Notes: a model not told the origin generated them from the sequence alone. Counted from the first letter of the stretch, positions 18,458-26,823 are shown. The stretch: 37,085 nucleotides of DNA from Chromatiales bacterium (GCA_026999335.1 JALTPW010000085.1:1-37085), one strand, 5' to 3'. Translations and numbers: made by a program.

Positions 18458-20877
18458 GCGTGTACCTCAGTGCCTATGCGTGCAAGATAGTCCTCAATTT
18501 GTTTGTTTGTCAGAGCGCGCAAGCCTTCCTGGGCGTCCTCTGGCTTCTTATCCGTTGCAATAAGACGGGTTTTACAGTTCGGATGGTAAGGTGGGAAGCC
18601 TTCGCCTGCTGCTACGGCAGAGGCAACACCCTGTGCCTGTATGCGCGCCGGCGTAATCGGTTTTAGCCCGGCGGCAAACTGTTCAGGGCTCTGTGACGCC
18701 AGTTTGGAGACAGCCTGTGCTGCAGTGCTGACCGGTATCAGCCGCCCGGACATATAGATGCAGATTTCCGCGACGGGGCTTGGATTCCAGACCTGCGCAT
18801 ACTCAAAACCGGCATCTTCCATTTGGAAGATGTTCGCCCAGGAACGCATACGCTGCACACTGGTAGTGATAATGCGCTTCGCCTCGAACCCGGAGAGTGG
18901 CTCGAGAGTGTCGCCGGCGAGTTGTATAAAACGCTCCAGCATTTCGGCAGACGTTCGGTCAAAAATCCCCTCGCCATTCTCGATAAACTCTTTTTTCAGG
19001 AAGTCCAGAATCGTACTTTCCGTACTTTCGTTGAAAATATATTTCGAGAGATAAAAACGATCGATTCGGCGCATGAAGTCCATAACACGGCGATCCTCTG
19101 CCGTCATGCTGAATCGGACCCCGGACGCGCTTACCGCTTCATCATCCTCAATGCGATAGTATTCGTAGATTTTTTTTACCTGTGCCTGCAGTGCGCGCCG
19201 CGCCTTTGTCGGGCGGAAGGCATCGACATAAACTTCAGAGATCAGATTGAAGGCCTGTTGCGCAAAATCATCCGCATCACGGAACTGCGAAAGCCGGCTA
19301 CGACGGATAAACCCCTCAAGCACAGCGAGGGATTCCTGCACGGAATTTTTCAGGAACGGTTCAATAGCCTGCAGGTACTCCTGCCCGAATTTTTCGAGCA
19401 GCCGGCGGATAGTACGTTCCGAAGCCAACTCCTCACTACCGCGCTGCAAAGATATCATCCCGAGCCGCGGACGCGAATACAAATACCGCCCGCTGTTTTG
19501 GTCATAGGTGAATTTGCGGCGCTGCGGCTGTACATCACCCCCAACAAAACCGCTATTCCCCGCTGCATCAAGGCGCGCGGGATCGTACCAGGCCGAATAC
19601 CCCATTTCTTGCGCTGCCGTGTCCGGATCGATGACGCCGAACTGTGCTTTCTTCAAAATTGCCGCCTCTCGTTGGGCCTGTGCCTGGGCCTCATCGAGCG
19701 GTTTTCGCGCAGGGTTCTCGTTGAAACGAAAAGAGATATCCATAACAGGAATGCCCTGCAAGGCCAGGTCCAGCCGATAGGTTTTTTCCATCCGGCGCTT
19801 GGCGAGCTGGCGCACATTGTTTGCCTGCCGAGTGATGAACATATATGTCACATTCGCGAAAGTCTCTGTGCTGTTCGTCTCGCCATTGACCATTACCCCG
19901 TCCGTCTGCATACCACTCGCAATTGCCTGCTCGTTCATCTTCCAGATTTCTTTTACCCCCTGCGCCTGTGCGGTAATGTTGAAGTGCTCTATCGTCTGGT
20001 CGTCGAACTTCACCATAAGGCCCTGCATATAGTTTGCTTTTAGAGCAAACAGGACCTTGTTCAGGTACTCATTTTTGCTTTTTGCATATTCTGTTTCTGT
20101 CTCGTTCGGTGCCCGCCGGCGGTATTTCAGCGTCATTGCAACGAGCCCAAGGAGACCAAATTTACGCATGATATACTTGAAGTTCTTCTGCATATCACGC
20201 TGTGTCAGGATCGAGTCCATAGCAGCCATGTAAAGCGGGATACCGTAAGGGCTGTTGCCGCTCGTGCGGAAAGCATAGTAGTTATATGTTCGCGGGTTCA
20301 GCTCCACCAAATCGCCCGTGCTGACCTGTTGGTATGGTATATACTGGCCATCCTTATATTTGAACCTGATCTTATGTGTCGGGACAATCGCGATTCGTTC
20401 AACACCATCCAGAGCCGGCGTGACAACATCTTCAGAACTTATTGCGCCGGTCAAAGCAACCTGTTCGATATAATGATTGATCAGTCCATCGATACCGGAA
20501 GAGAGCGGATACAACCGATATGCTTGTTCGTTCAAGCGCTTATATGCGCGCTCGACGATTCCGTCGTTTGCCGCGTCGATATTGACATGATGCCCGTTGT
20601 TCGCCATGCTGACCAGGTTCGACAAGGCGTGGGAGATGTTCGGGTTCACCAGAGCCAGGCGCTGTATAAACTCAACCCACTCAAACGGGATATCCGGATT
20701 CAATCCGGAAAATTCCTGCATCAGGGCGCCTGCTCTTGTGGTCAGGTCGTCACGCTCCTCGACAGAGCTTCGCCCCTTCGGCGGCAGTGGGGCCTCATCT
20801 GCAGCAAGATCGAGCAACAGTGTTTCAGTCTGCGGTTTCGCCAGGAGTTTCTGTAGCAGACGCGTCAACCAATTCAT
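18445..20877 (-). CDS. Portal protein fused to a MuF/SPP1 gp7-like minor head protein domain
   Basis: 810 aa, downstream of the large terminase. The C-terminal ...GEGFPPYHPNCKTRLIA matches the PP.HPNCRC motif that ends Phage_Mu_F-family domains. The N-terminal roughly 500 aa is portal-sized. Confidence 0.7.
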   Translation of the reverse strand: MNWLTRLLQKLLAKPQTETLLLDLAADEAPLPPKGRSSVEERDDLTTRAGALMQEFSGLNPDIPFEWVEFIQRLALVNPNISHALSNLVSMANNGHHVNIDAANDGIVERAYKRLNEQAYRLYPLSSGIDGLINHYIEQVALTGAISSEDVVTPALDGVERIAIVPTHKIRFKYKDGQYIPYQQVSTGDLVELNPRTYNYYAFRTSGNSPYGIPLYMAAMDSILTQRDMQKNFKYIMRKFGLLGLVAMTLKYRRRAPNETETEYAKSKNEYLNKVLFALKANYMQGLMVKFDDQTIEHFNITAQAQGVKEIWKMNEQAIASGMQTDGVMVNGETNSTETFANVTYMFITRQANNVRQLAKRRMEKTYRLDLALQGIPVMDISFRFNENPARKPLDEAQAQAQREAAILKKAQFGVIDPDTAAQEMGYSAWYDPARLDAAGNSGFVGGDVQPQRRKFTYDQNSGRYLYSRPRLGMISLQRGSEELASERTIRRLLEKFGQEYLQAIEPFLKNSVQESLAVLEGFIRRSRLSQFRDADDFAQQAFNLISEVYVDAFRPTKARRALQAQVKKIYEYYRIEDDEAVSASGVRFSMTAEDRRVMDFMRRIDRFYLSKYIFNESTESTILDFLKKEFIENGEGIFDRTSAEMLERFIQLAGDTLEPLSGFEAKRIITTSVQRMRSWANIFQMEDAGFEYAQVWNPSPVAEICIYMSGRLIPVSTAAQAVSKLASQSPEQFAAGLKPITPARIQAQGVASAVAAGEGFPPYHPNCKTRLIATDKKPEDAQEGLRALTNKQIEDYLARIGTEVHACEI

Positions 20878-21043
20878 TCAGATTGTCCCAGGTTTTTATT
20901 TCCTGTGCGATTTGTGAAAGCGCTGTTTGCGCTTCGCAACACATCTCATCAGGTACGGCAATAGTCAGGGCACGGATTGCTTCCAGCGTGTCGATTGCAC
21001 GCCAGAGCTCGGTTCGCAATACGTCCGGGTCGTCCGGAATCAT
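20825..21043 (-). CDS. Small protein at the gpW (head-tail joining) position
   Basis: 72-aa acidic helical ORF between the GpA-type terminase and the portal. It overlaps the annotated portal start by 53 nt, so one of the two starts may be wrong. Confidence 0.4.
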   Translation of the reverse strand: MIPDDPDVLRTELWRAIDTLEAIRALTIAVPDEMCCEAQTALSQIAQEIKTWDNLNELVDASATETPGETAD

Positions 21044-21312
21044 TTTTTTGCTTTCAGCGCTACAAGCGGCGCAAGAATTTGTGCCAGCAATTTGAGCCAG
21101 CGATACAAAATTTTCCTTTTTGGCTCGCGCCGGCGATACATTTCCAGCAGCTCCAGCAGAAGAGCGAACCAGAATCGAATACGTTCTGCCAGTTGCAGGT
21201 CTTTTAAGCGTTGCGGTAGCTCGACTTTTTCCAACTCCGGCGGCAGGACAAGTCCTATACCCTTGTCGCGAATGTACAGCACGATGCGTTTCGGTCTGAT
21301 TTCTTCAGTCAC
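21040..21312 (-). CDS. Hypothetical small protein
   Basis: ORF 21040..21531 trimmed to GTG 21312 (VTEEIRPKR...), just upstream of the terminase stop (21305..21307). It fills an otherwise non-coding 265 nt. Confidence 0.35.
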   Translation of the reverse strand: MTEEIRPKRIVLYIRDKGIGLVLPPELEKVELPQRLKDLQLAERIRFWFALLLELLEMYRRREPKRKILYRWLKLLAQILAPLVALKAKK

Positions 21313-23014
21313 GTGCAAAACTCCCAAATATCGGCACGACGCCGTGGAATTCACCTTCATCCCGCGCCAGCAGAGCCATCGCCGTGGCAAGGTAGTTCCC
21401 TGCATGGAAAAAGTGGTTCGGGATGTGTTTTTTGAATTTATACACCTTTTTCCCCAGGCGTGGGTCGTCAGTTTCGTCTTTTTGACTGCCGCGCATATGG
21501 TGCATTGCAAACGTCGAATCTTCAAAATCAACCTCGCGGCCGTCTGCTTCTACGACCCGAGCAGGAAAGACGATGCGCGGTGCCTCCGGAACAAACAAAT
21601 CGCAGTAGGAATCCAGAGCATTTTCCCTGTCCTGCGTGATCACCCGGTATTGATTGCCGAGGTGGTCTGCTTCCTTTTCCTTCAGCTCGTCTCCTTTATA
21701 GTAGTTCAATACCACGACATCCGGGAAGAGATAAGCCAGCTTGCGTGCCTCAGGCGTCAATGGTAGCGCGTCTATGACAAACTTCATGCAGTTCATGTCG
21801 CGAATCAATTTTGCGACCACATCGACGACTTCGTCGGAATCCACTTCCTGCCACCAGATCGTCTGGAGCACGTCGTCTGCAAAATCCGCAAAAACCGGAT
21901 AACAGACATTGCCCATATCCATACCGCCGATACTCCAGTCCGCCCTGTTGCGCATCCGATAAGGCCGCTTGAGTTGCGCGAGAACATCCTTGCTGATACG
22001 CTGCAAATCACCTGCATCCGGGATGGCGAGAGCGGCGCTATGGAGTTTGGCCCGGTGGCTTTTTTTCTTCGCCGTGCGACGCCACTTGCGCATAAACCGG
22101 TCGAGGGGTTTCGATTCAAAGATCACCTGCGGCACCCGGTAGCTTTGCACTTCTCTATCCGGATGCCGTGCGACCCACTGACCGGTATTTTTACGGCTGT
22201 AGGCTTTGCCACATTGCACGCAGCAGATTGACCATCCTTGCGCCGTGCGTGTGATGCAACTCGGAATTTCAAGACGGTTTAAGCTGGATTCGTAGATCAG
22301 TTCTTCCAGGTTTTGCCAATGTCCACAGGCAGGACATTTGAACAGATATACATTCTGCCTGCCGTCCTGAAAGCCCTGGTCTGCCGGGCCGCCGGGATAG
22401 ATTTCCCTGGCAAAGCCATTCAACTGCCCAAACTCAGCTGCGTCCAGTCGTTCCTGGATGAGTTCGATCGCATCGCGCTTGATGATCGTCACCTCGTCAA
22501 GCGAGAGCTGCTCCATAGGCCGCGAAAGCGCCTCGCTCAGCACGTTTGCGCCAAGGAAGTAGATATAGTTTGCGCCGCAGTCAAAGTATAGATCACTCTC
22601 ATGCAGCCGATAATGTGCCTTCAAAACCTTGTTCTGCCGGATTTGCTCCTGCGAAAATCGCGTCTTCATGAATGGCTTGATCATTACCTTATTTGGCAAC
22701 GCATAACCACAGTCCAGGCCGCGCCAGTAGGGCAGATACAGATTCCACCCTATCATCAGCGTTGAAAAACCGATCTGTGCGCCTTTCAGAACCCAGTGTT
22801 CTTGTTCCTTGTGCATGTTTTGGACGATTTGCCGATAGGGCTCGAAGCCTTCCAGAGACCACGGACGGATTTTACCGCCCTGTTTCACTCGGATATGTTT
22901 GTACAACCAGTTTGCAAAATCCCATTTTTCCGGATTAAACCGGGTGGCCCGTACGGAAAAACGCTCCAGTTCTTTTTCCGTCTGTTTGAGGATTTTGGTT
23001 GTTGCCGTGTTCAC
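21305..23014 (-). CDS. Terminase large subunit, lambda GpA family
   Basis: WVLKGAQIGFSTLMIGW parallels the lambda gpA P-loop-like VVKSARVGYSKMLLG. Paired Cys motifs FKCPACGHWQ...CVQCGKAY parallel the gpA zinc-ribbon region. The 569-aa size fits. Confidence 0.8.
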   Translation of the reverse strand: MNTATTKILKQTEKELERFSVRATRFNPEKWDFANWLYKHIRVKQGGKIRPWSLEGFEPYRQIVQNMHKEQEHWVLKGAQIGFSTLMIGWNLYLPYWRGLDCGYALPNKVMIKPFMKTRFSQEQIRQNKVLKAHYRLHESDLYFDCGANYIYFLGANVLSEALSRPMEQLSLDEVTIIKRDAIELIQERLDAAEFGQLNGFAREIYPGGPADQGFQDGRQNVYLFKCPACGHWQNLEELIYESSLNRLEIPSCITRTAQGWSICCVQCGKAYSRKNTGQWVARHPDREVQSYRVPQVIFESKPLDRFMRKWRRTAKKKSHRAKLHSAALAIPDAGDLQRISKDVLAQLKRPYRMRNRADWSIGGMDMGNVCYPVFADFADDVLQTIWWQEVDSDEVVDVVAKLIRDMNCMKFVIDALPLTPEARKLAYLFPDVVVLNYYKGDELKEKEADHLGNQYRVITQDRENALDSYCDLFVPEAPRIVFPARVVEADGREVDFEDSTFAMHHMRGSQKDETDDPRLGKKVYKFKKHIPNHFFHAGNYLATAMALLARDEGEFHGVVPIFGSFARD

Positions 23015-23538
23015 TTCTGTTCCTCGATTTGTGCCAATTTCTCCCGGATATGTTGCAGCAGGATTTCCTGCCGGCCGGCGAGCAACTGGGCGGCCTTTTC
23101 GTCCTCGCTCAGAGCCTGAAATATAACCGTGATCATCTGCTCGATTTGTACCGTACCAGTTGTTTTTGTCCCGGAAAGTTCCTGTATTTTTGAGATGATG
23201 GTATTGAGGGAATTTATCCCGCCTTCGAGACTGCGCGGTTGCAGGTCATCGTTTTTCAGCTCCAGCACGAGACGATCATAAATTTGTCGCAGATCGCCCA
23301 GCATCTTTTGCCGCTCTGAGACGATCTCTGCATTGGTTGCCTGGGCGATCTCCGCCTTAATTTTTTCCAGGCGCTCACGCCAGCCCAGTCTGGAATACCA
23401 CTTTTTTATCGTTTGCCGGCGCATCCGCGCGCAATCTGCAGGATAACGTTGCCGCATCTGGCGAGCCGTTTCCTCATAGCTTTCGCAAACGGCAAAAATT
23501 TTGAAAGCCGCCTCCTTTGTCTTTTGCGAATACGCCAT
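23011..23538 (-). CDS. Terminase small subunit (putative)
   Basis: 175 aa with an N-terminal HTH-like region and a C-terminal coiled coil. A 4-nt overlap links it to the large terminase start. Confidence 0.55.
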   Translation of the reverse strand: MAYSQKTKEAAFKIFAVCESYEETARQMRQRYPADCARMRRQTIKKWYSRLGWRERLEKIKAEIAQATNAEIVSERQKMLGDLRQIYDRLVLELKNDDLQPRSLEGGINSLNTIISKIQELSGTKTTGTVQIEQMITVIFQALSEDEKAAQLLAGRQEILLQHIREKLAQIEEQK

Positions 23539-23763
23539 CTACTTCACCAGCCAATCTGTTATGACCTTGATGTAGATGCCGGCAATCATACCGATGAGAA
23601 ACCAGTTCTGCTTTCTGATTGAGTTTACGATGTATTCGATTTTGTCCACGCGACGAATCAGACCGATCTCGCCGTTTCCATCACCATACAGACTGCGACG
23701 GATATTCGTGACATCTTTCTCTAACTTTTCAACACGCAGAACAAAAGCATCGAGGTTGGGCAT
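23539..23763 (-). CDS. Small protein with C-terminal transmembrane helix (holin-like or other lysis/assembly factor)
   Basis: ORF 23539..23964 trimmed to ATG 23763 (MPNLDAFVLRVEKLEK...), with a GGAG 5 nt upstream. The C-terminus NWFLIGMIAGIYIKVITDWLV is hydrophobic. It is the first gene of the late operon. Confidence 0.45.
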   Translation of the reverse strand: MPNLDAFVLRVEKLEKDVTNIRRSLYGDGNGEIGLIRRVDKIEYIVNSIRKQNWFLIGMIAGIYIKVITDWLVK

Positions 23764-23962
23764 AGAGGCTCCGGGACAGTTCAGAATTTTAAAAATAGCG
23801 CGGGTGGCCCGGGAAGAGAAAACCACCCGCCGCAGGGCAAAGAGGCAGGAGACGACCCCTTGCCGCTCTTTGCACACGTCTGGGGGGAAAATACGGTATA
23901 ACTCCTTGTTTTTGCGCCGGATGGTGAACAAACATGAACAAAGAGCGAAGATAATAGAAGGC

Positions 23963-24001
23963 ATAAAAAAGGCGCAAATCCTTAATTTAGAAGTGCGCCT
24001 T
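23963..24001 (-). terminator. Rho-independent terminator after the TcmP/DUF5131 cassette
   Basis: The minus strand reads aaggcgca-(17 nt loop)-tgcgcctt followed by TTTTTTAT, starting about 30 nt after the DUF5131 stop (24034). Confidence 0.55.
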
Positions 24002-24033
24002 ATTGAGGGGAAGAAGTTGAAGTAATCTATGAG

Positions 24034-24759
24034 CTATGCAACCACTGCATGTTTATTCGGCATTTGGTCCCAGGTGCGGCCGTCGAGATGTCTGCCCGTT
24101 TTCTTTTTTTGTACGCCGCCCCATTGCTTAAAGAAAAAAGGAACACCTGCTCTTGTGCACTGGTCGCGCAAATCACGTACCCAGGAAGGAGACATTGGAC
24201 GAGCATGAGGGCCGGATTCCCCGCCAACAATAACCCAGGATATTCCACTCAAATTGATAACACCGAGCGACTCAAGCAGTGGCTCGACTGACAAAAAACG
24301 GACAGCAGCAGAAACAGTACGTAAGTGGTCAATACGGTATAAAGACTTGCGGTCTTCCACAGACACGCCTACCCATATATTGGGATACCATTCCAGAATA
24401 TTCGACAGTTCCAGCAGTCTGGCAGAACGCTTGGTTAAAATCTGAAAATTATGCCAATAAGCCCGACACATCGTATCAAAGACTGCTCTGATAAAAGCAT
24501 CAGGAACGTCTTTATGGAACAGATCGCTCATGGAGTTAACGAAAATAGTCCGTGGTTTTTTCCAGCGCAGAGGTAATTCGATGAGATCCTCATGTAGCGT
24601 GACTGAAAAACCATTTCTATAACGAGGGTTCCTCATGGCATATAGGCGTTTTGCCATGGTTTCAGCATAACAATGCTTGCAACCCTGGCTGACTTTATCA
24701 CATCCAGTCACTGGGTTCCAGGTCGATTCAGTCCACTCGATTTTACTGTTTCCCGCCAT
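24034..24759 (-). CDS. Three-Cys-motif protein, DUF5131 / phage Gp37-Gp68 family
   Basis: The N-terminus [33 protein letters not shown] (KIEWT..TWNP..GC......GC..CYA) is the family hallmark, with Cys20-x6-Cys27-x2-Cys30. The 241-aa size is typical. It overlaps the 3' end of the TcmP gene by 17 nt. Confidence 0.8.
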   Translation of the reverse strand: MAGNSKIEWTESTWNPVTGCDKVSQGCKHCYAETMAKRLYAMRNPRYRNGFSVTLHEDLIELPLRWKKPRTIFVNSMSDLFHKDVPDAFIRAVFDTMCRAYWHNFQILTKRSARLLELSNILEWYPNIWVGVSVEDRKSLYRIDHLRTVSAAVRFLSVEPLLESLGVINLSGISWVIVGGESGPHARPMSPSWVRDLRDQCTRAGVPFFFKQWGGVQKKKTGRHLDGRTWDQMPNKHAVVA

Positions 24760-25861
24760 TTTGTTCTCCTTTCAGGATTAGCAATGGATTAGCTTTTTTG
24801 CTGAATCTTCCTGAATATTCTTCGGCAGAAATAAGGCCGTCTTTCCTGTACCTTCTTATGATTTGAGCAAGATGCTTGGGCAGCCAGAGTTCACTGAGCA
24901 ATCGTTGATCGAGTTCCTGCCAGCGCTCAGAACTATCCTTTAGTTGGTTATGTAGCCATGTTTCAAGCGGTTTCAAATCTGGTTCCGGGGTAATCAATAC
25001 AGCCTGTTGTGGGTCATCAGAACTGCGAGCATAAAAACCGCCATCCGGGCAGATTTTCCAGATAACATTTTTCATTACATCCCTGCCCTTATCACTGTCA
25101 GTAAAGTGTGCTAGAATATAACGCTCTCTATTATTCTTCCCGAGCATTTTTATTGATGTTACCCATTTTGCGCCGTAAACATCTTTCAGCAATGTGATTG
25201 CTTTTTCCGCGCGCTCACCATAGTCAAGGCTTCTATCAATATCCCGCCACCTTTCTCCATTGAACACACTGTCCAGAGTTGATGAACTGACACCTCTTTT
25301 AAGGACATTAGCCATTTGCATATCCATTTCACGCCACATGATATTGACAAATAGCTCAACCCGGCCCGCTTTAAAAAGCTGAGAGAGAATGTCGCCCGGA
25401 ATAGTAAAACCAAAAGGATCAACAAAAACAAAAGCAGTTGCAAGCCGGCTGCTTGTTTTCTCCAGATGCGACAATATGCTCTTTAATGTCTTGAAACAAT
25501 CATCTGCACTGACAGATGCATAGACGCCTTTTGGAATATCATCTTTTAAAGATTTTATGTGTTTTATCAAAAGATCAGCATTCGTTTGATCTTTTTCCAT
25601 AAAAATAAAACGGACTTCGCTGTTTCCCAAAATGTTGTGAAGATGGCTATGAGATAAAAGAGTTTTTATCGCCACGAGTGGAGAAGCGTCTTCACCTGTC
25701 GTGAACTTCCCCCGGCCGGCATGGGTTTCAAGATATAAGATACGGTCGTAAGAAAAGCCCAGTATGGGGAACCAGGCCTTTAAATATTCGCGGACAATTT
25801 TGTGTTTTGCATACTGGAGAGGAAGAGGCCTCGCCCAATGTTTCTCATTTGCATCCTGCAT
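24743..25861 (-). CDS. tcmP: Three-Cys-motif partner protein TcmP-like (RlmJ-like methyltransferase-fold candidate)
   Basis: It lies immediately upstream of the DUF5131 gene and overlaps it. Motifs [27 protein letters not shown] and FVFVDPFGF parallel E. coli RlmJ motifs (HADVLKH, LYLDTHAGAGRY, SPLIA, ILIDPPYE). The start was chosen at ATG 25861 (GGGGA 7 nt upstream); ATG 25879 and 25963 are alternatives. Confidence 0.7.
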   Translation of the reverse strand: MQDANEKHWARPLPLQYAKHKIVREYLKAWFPILGFSYDRILYLETHAGRGKFTTGEDASPLVAIKTLLSHSHLHNILGNSEVRFIFMEKDQTNADLLIKHIKSLKDDIPKGVYASVSADDCFKTLKSILSHLEKTSSRLATAFVFVDPFGFTIPGDILSQLFKAGRVELFVNIMWREMDMQMANVLKRGVSSSTLDSVFNGERWRDIDRSLDYGERAEKAITLLKDVYGAKWVTSIKMLGKNNRERYILAHFTDSDKGRDVMKNVIWKICPDGGFYARSSDDPQQAVLITPEPDLKPLETWLHNQLKDSSERWQELDQRLLSELWLPKHLAQIIRRYRKDGLISAEEYSGRFSKKANPLLILKGEQNGGKQ

Positions 25862-26014
25862 GGTAATATCCCCTTTCATCCTGAAGTTAATCATCAATAA
25901 ATACGTCGTTCCTAACGCCTTCCTGTACAACCTAAAATGGGCGAATGCAGATATATATTTCACTGCTTATGCTTATATCACCAGCATAAGGACGGCACAG
26001 CCATCGCTTTTTTC

Positions 26015-26038
26015 AAAAACGACACCGGTGTCGTTTTT
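26015..26038. repeat. Palindrome A of a CACCGGTG-centred family (terminator-like)
   Basis: aaaaacgacaccggtgtcgttttt is a perfect 24-bp palindrome. It is preceded by cgcttttttcaaa, as is copy D. Confidence 0.6.
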
Positions 26039-26044
26039 ACATCC

Positions 26045-26130
26045 CCTTACGCTCAAATCGGCCACCGGTGGGCGATTTGACAGTTTCGTCATATTTTCTT
26101 TTTTCTCTCTTCTATTTCCGCCGCGATCAG
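26045..26130. repeat. Direct repeat copy 1 (duplicate of the repressor gene 3' end plus downstream palindrome)
   Basis: It aligns with 26243..26328 at an offset of 198 bp, with about five mismatches by eye. It contains palindrome B, caaatcggccaccggtgggcgatttg (26054..26079). Confidence 0.7.
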
Positions 26131-26150
26131 TTTGCCAACCAGCCGGCTGA
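26089..26150 (-). pseudogene. Remnant of a repressor C-terminus (..LSRLVGKLIAAEIEERKKKI*)
   Basis: My translation of the minus strand gives LSRLVGKLIAAEIEERKKKI-stop, against LELVGKLIAAEIEERKKKI-stop in the intact repressor. There is no credible upstream start: an in-frame TAG lies upstream and the only ATG is the M in ILMLSR. Confidence 0.55.
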
Positions 26151-26242
26151 GCATCAGAATGTAAAAACCCGCCAACCCGATGAAGTCTTGCTTTTCACTA
26201 AATAGCCATATTTTTTGAGCATATTTAGCATTTTTCGCAATG

Positions 26243-26328
26243 CCCTACGCTCAAATCGGCCACCGGTGGCCGATTTGACAATTTCGTCATATTTTCTTTT
26301 TTCTCTCCTCTATCTCCGCCGCGATCAG
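26243..26328. repeat. Direct repeat copy 2 (true repressor 3' end plus palindrome C)
   Basis: It contains the perfect 26-bp palindrome caaatcggccaccggtggccgatttg (26252..26277), 10 nt downstream of the repressor stop. Confidence 0.7.
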
Positions 26329-26823
26329 CTTACCCACGAGCTCCAGCTCTTTTGTATCCAGCCGGTTAAGTATCCGGATAAATGCCACCACCTCATCCCC
26401 GCCCTGTCGTACAAAGCCGGGCGGCTGCATTTTGTATGACGACAACTCGCTACTGTAAACCATACGCTCGCCCTGCGCTGCATCCCGAACCTGCATGTTC
26501 TCAGCAGCCGGGGGCGTGGCCCCCTCGCTTTTTTCAAATCGGACACCGGTAGCCGATTTGGATTCGTCCTCACGCGCAAGCAATGGCTCGCCTTCGCCGG
26601 TCAGAAGCCAGTCCACGTTGATTCCCATCGCTTCAAGTTTAGCTCGGGTTTTGGCTGTAGGCCTTCTGTTGTTCTTTATAATCGTATATAGTGTCCCCTT
26701 TTTTATACCTGACGTGGATAGGAAGTCAATTTTTCTTGTGTAGCCCATTTTTTTGATCAAAAATTCTAATCTTTGGCCAATATTTTTATCATCAACTATC
26801 ATTTTTAATCTTTTTCTTGACAT
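26287..26823 (-). CDS. CI-type phage repressor (XRE-family HTH, Phage_CI_repr-like)
   Basis: IGQRLEFLIKKMGYTRKIDFLSTSGIKKGTLYTII...AKLEAMGINVDWLLTGEGEP: the ..vs.dWLLtGeG ending of the HTH domain is the CI-repressor family hallmark. The gene is divergent from a Cro/Ner-like gene. Confidence 0.8.
   Translation of the reverse strand: MSRKRLKMIVDDKNIGQRLEFLIKKMGYTRKIDFLSTSGIKKGTLYTIIKNNRRPTAKTRAKLEAMGINVDWLLTGEGEPLLAREDESKSATGVRFEKSEGATPPAAENMQVRDAAQGERMVYSSELSSYKMQPPGFVRQGGDEVVAFIRILNRLDTKELELVGKLIAAEIEERKKKI
26535..26560. repeat. Palindrome D (degenerate copy inside the repressor CDS)
   Basis: caaatcggacaccggtagccgatttg has two arm mismatches and shares its left context, tcgcttttttcaaa, with palindrome A. 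Confidence 0.5.

Noticed and set aside
18823-20043. 406-aa plus-strand ORF inside the portal gene. Similar long antisense ORFs occur at 3621..4496, 15444..16532, 20927..21766, 27646..28275, 29305..30561 and 30859..31554.
   Set aside because: Each lies fully antisense to a gene with clear family motifs (portal, capsid, terminase, transposase). Their products are low-complexity and Arg/Ser/Cys-rich, with no motifs or RBS. They are typical shadow ORFs of moderately GC-rich coding DNA.
25764-26439. Plus-strand ORFs 25764..26150 and 26215..26439 spanning the repressor-TcmP intergenic region
   Set aside because: They run through the palindromes and the duplicated repressor 3' end, antisense to real coding sequence, and lack RBS or motifs. 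The region is better explained as repeats and terminators.
26015-26560. Possible CRISPR array, suggested by the repeated palindromic 24-26-mers
   Set aside because: There are only four copies with irregular spacing (16, 172 and 257 bp). Two are embedded in a larger 86-bp duplication and one lies inside a CDS. There are no cas genes and no uniform spacers.
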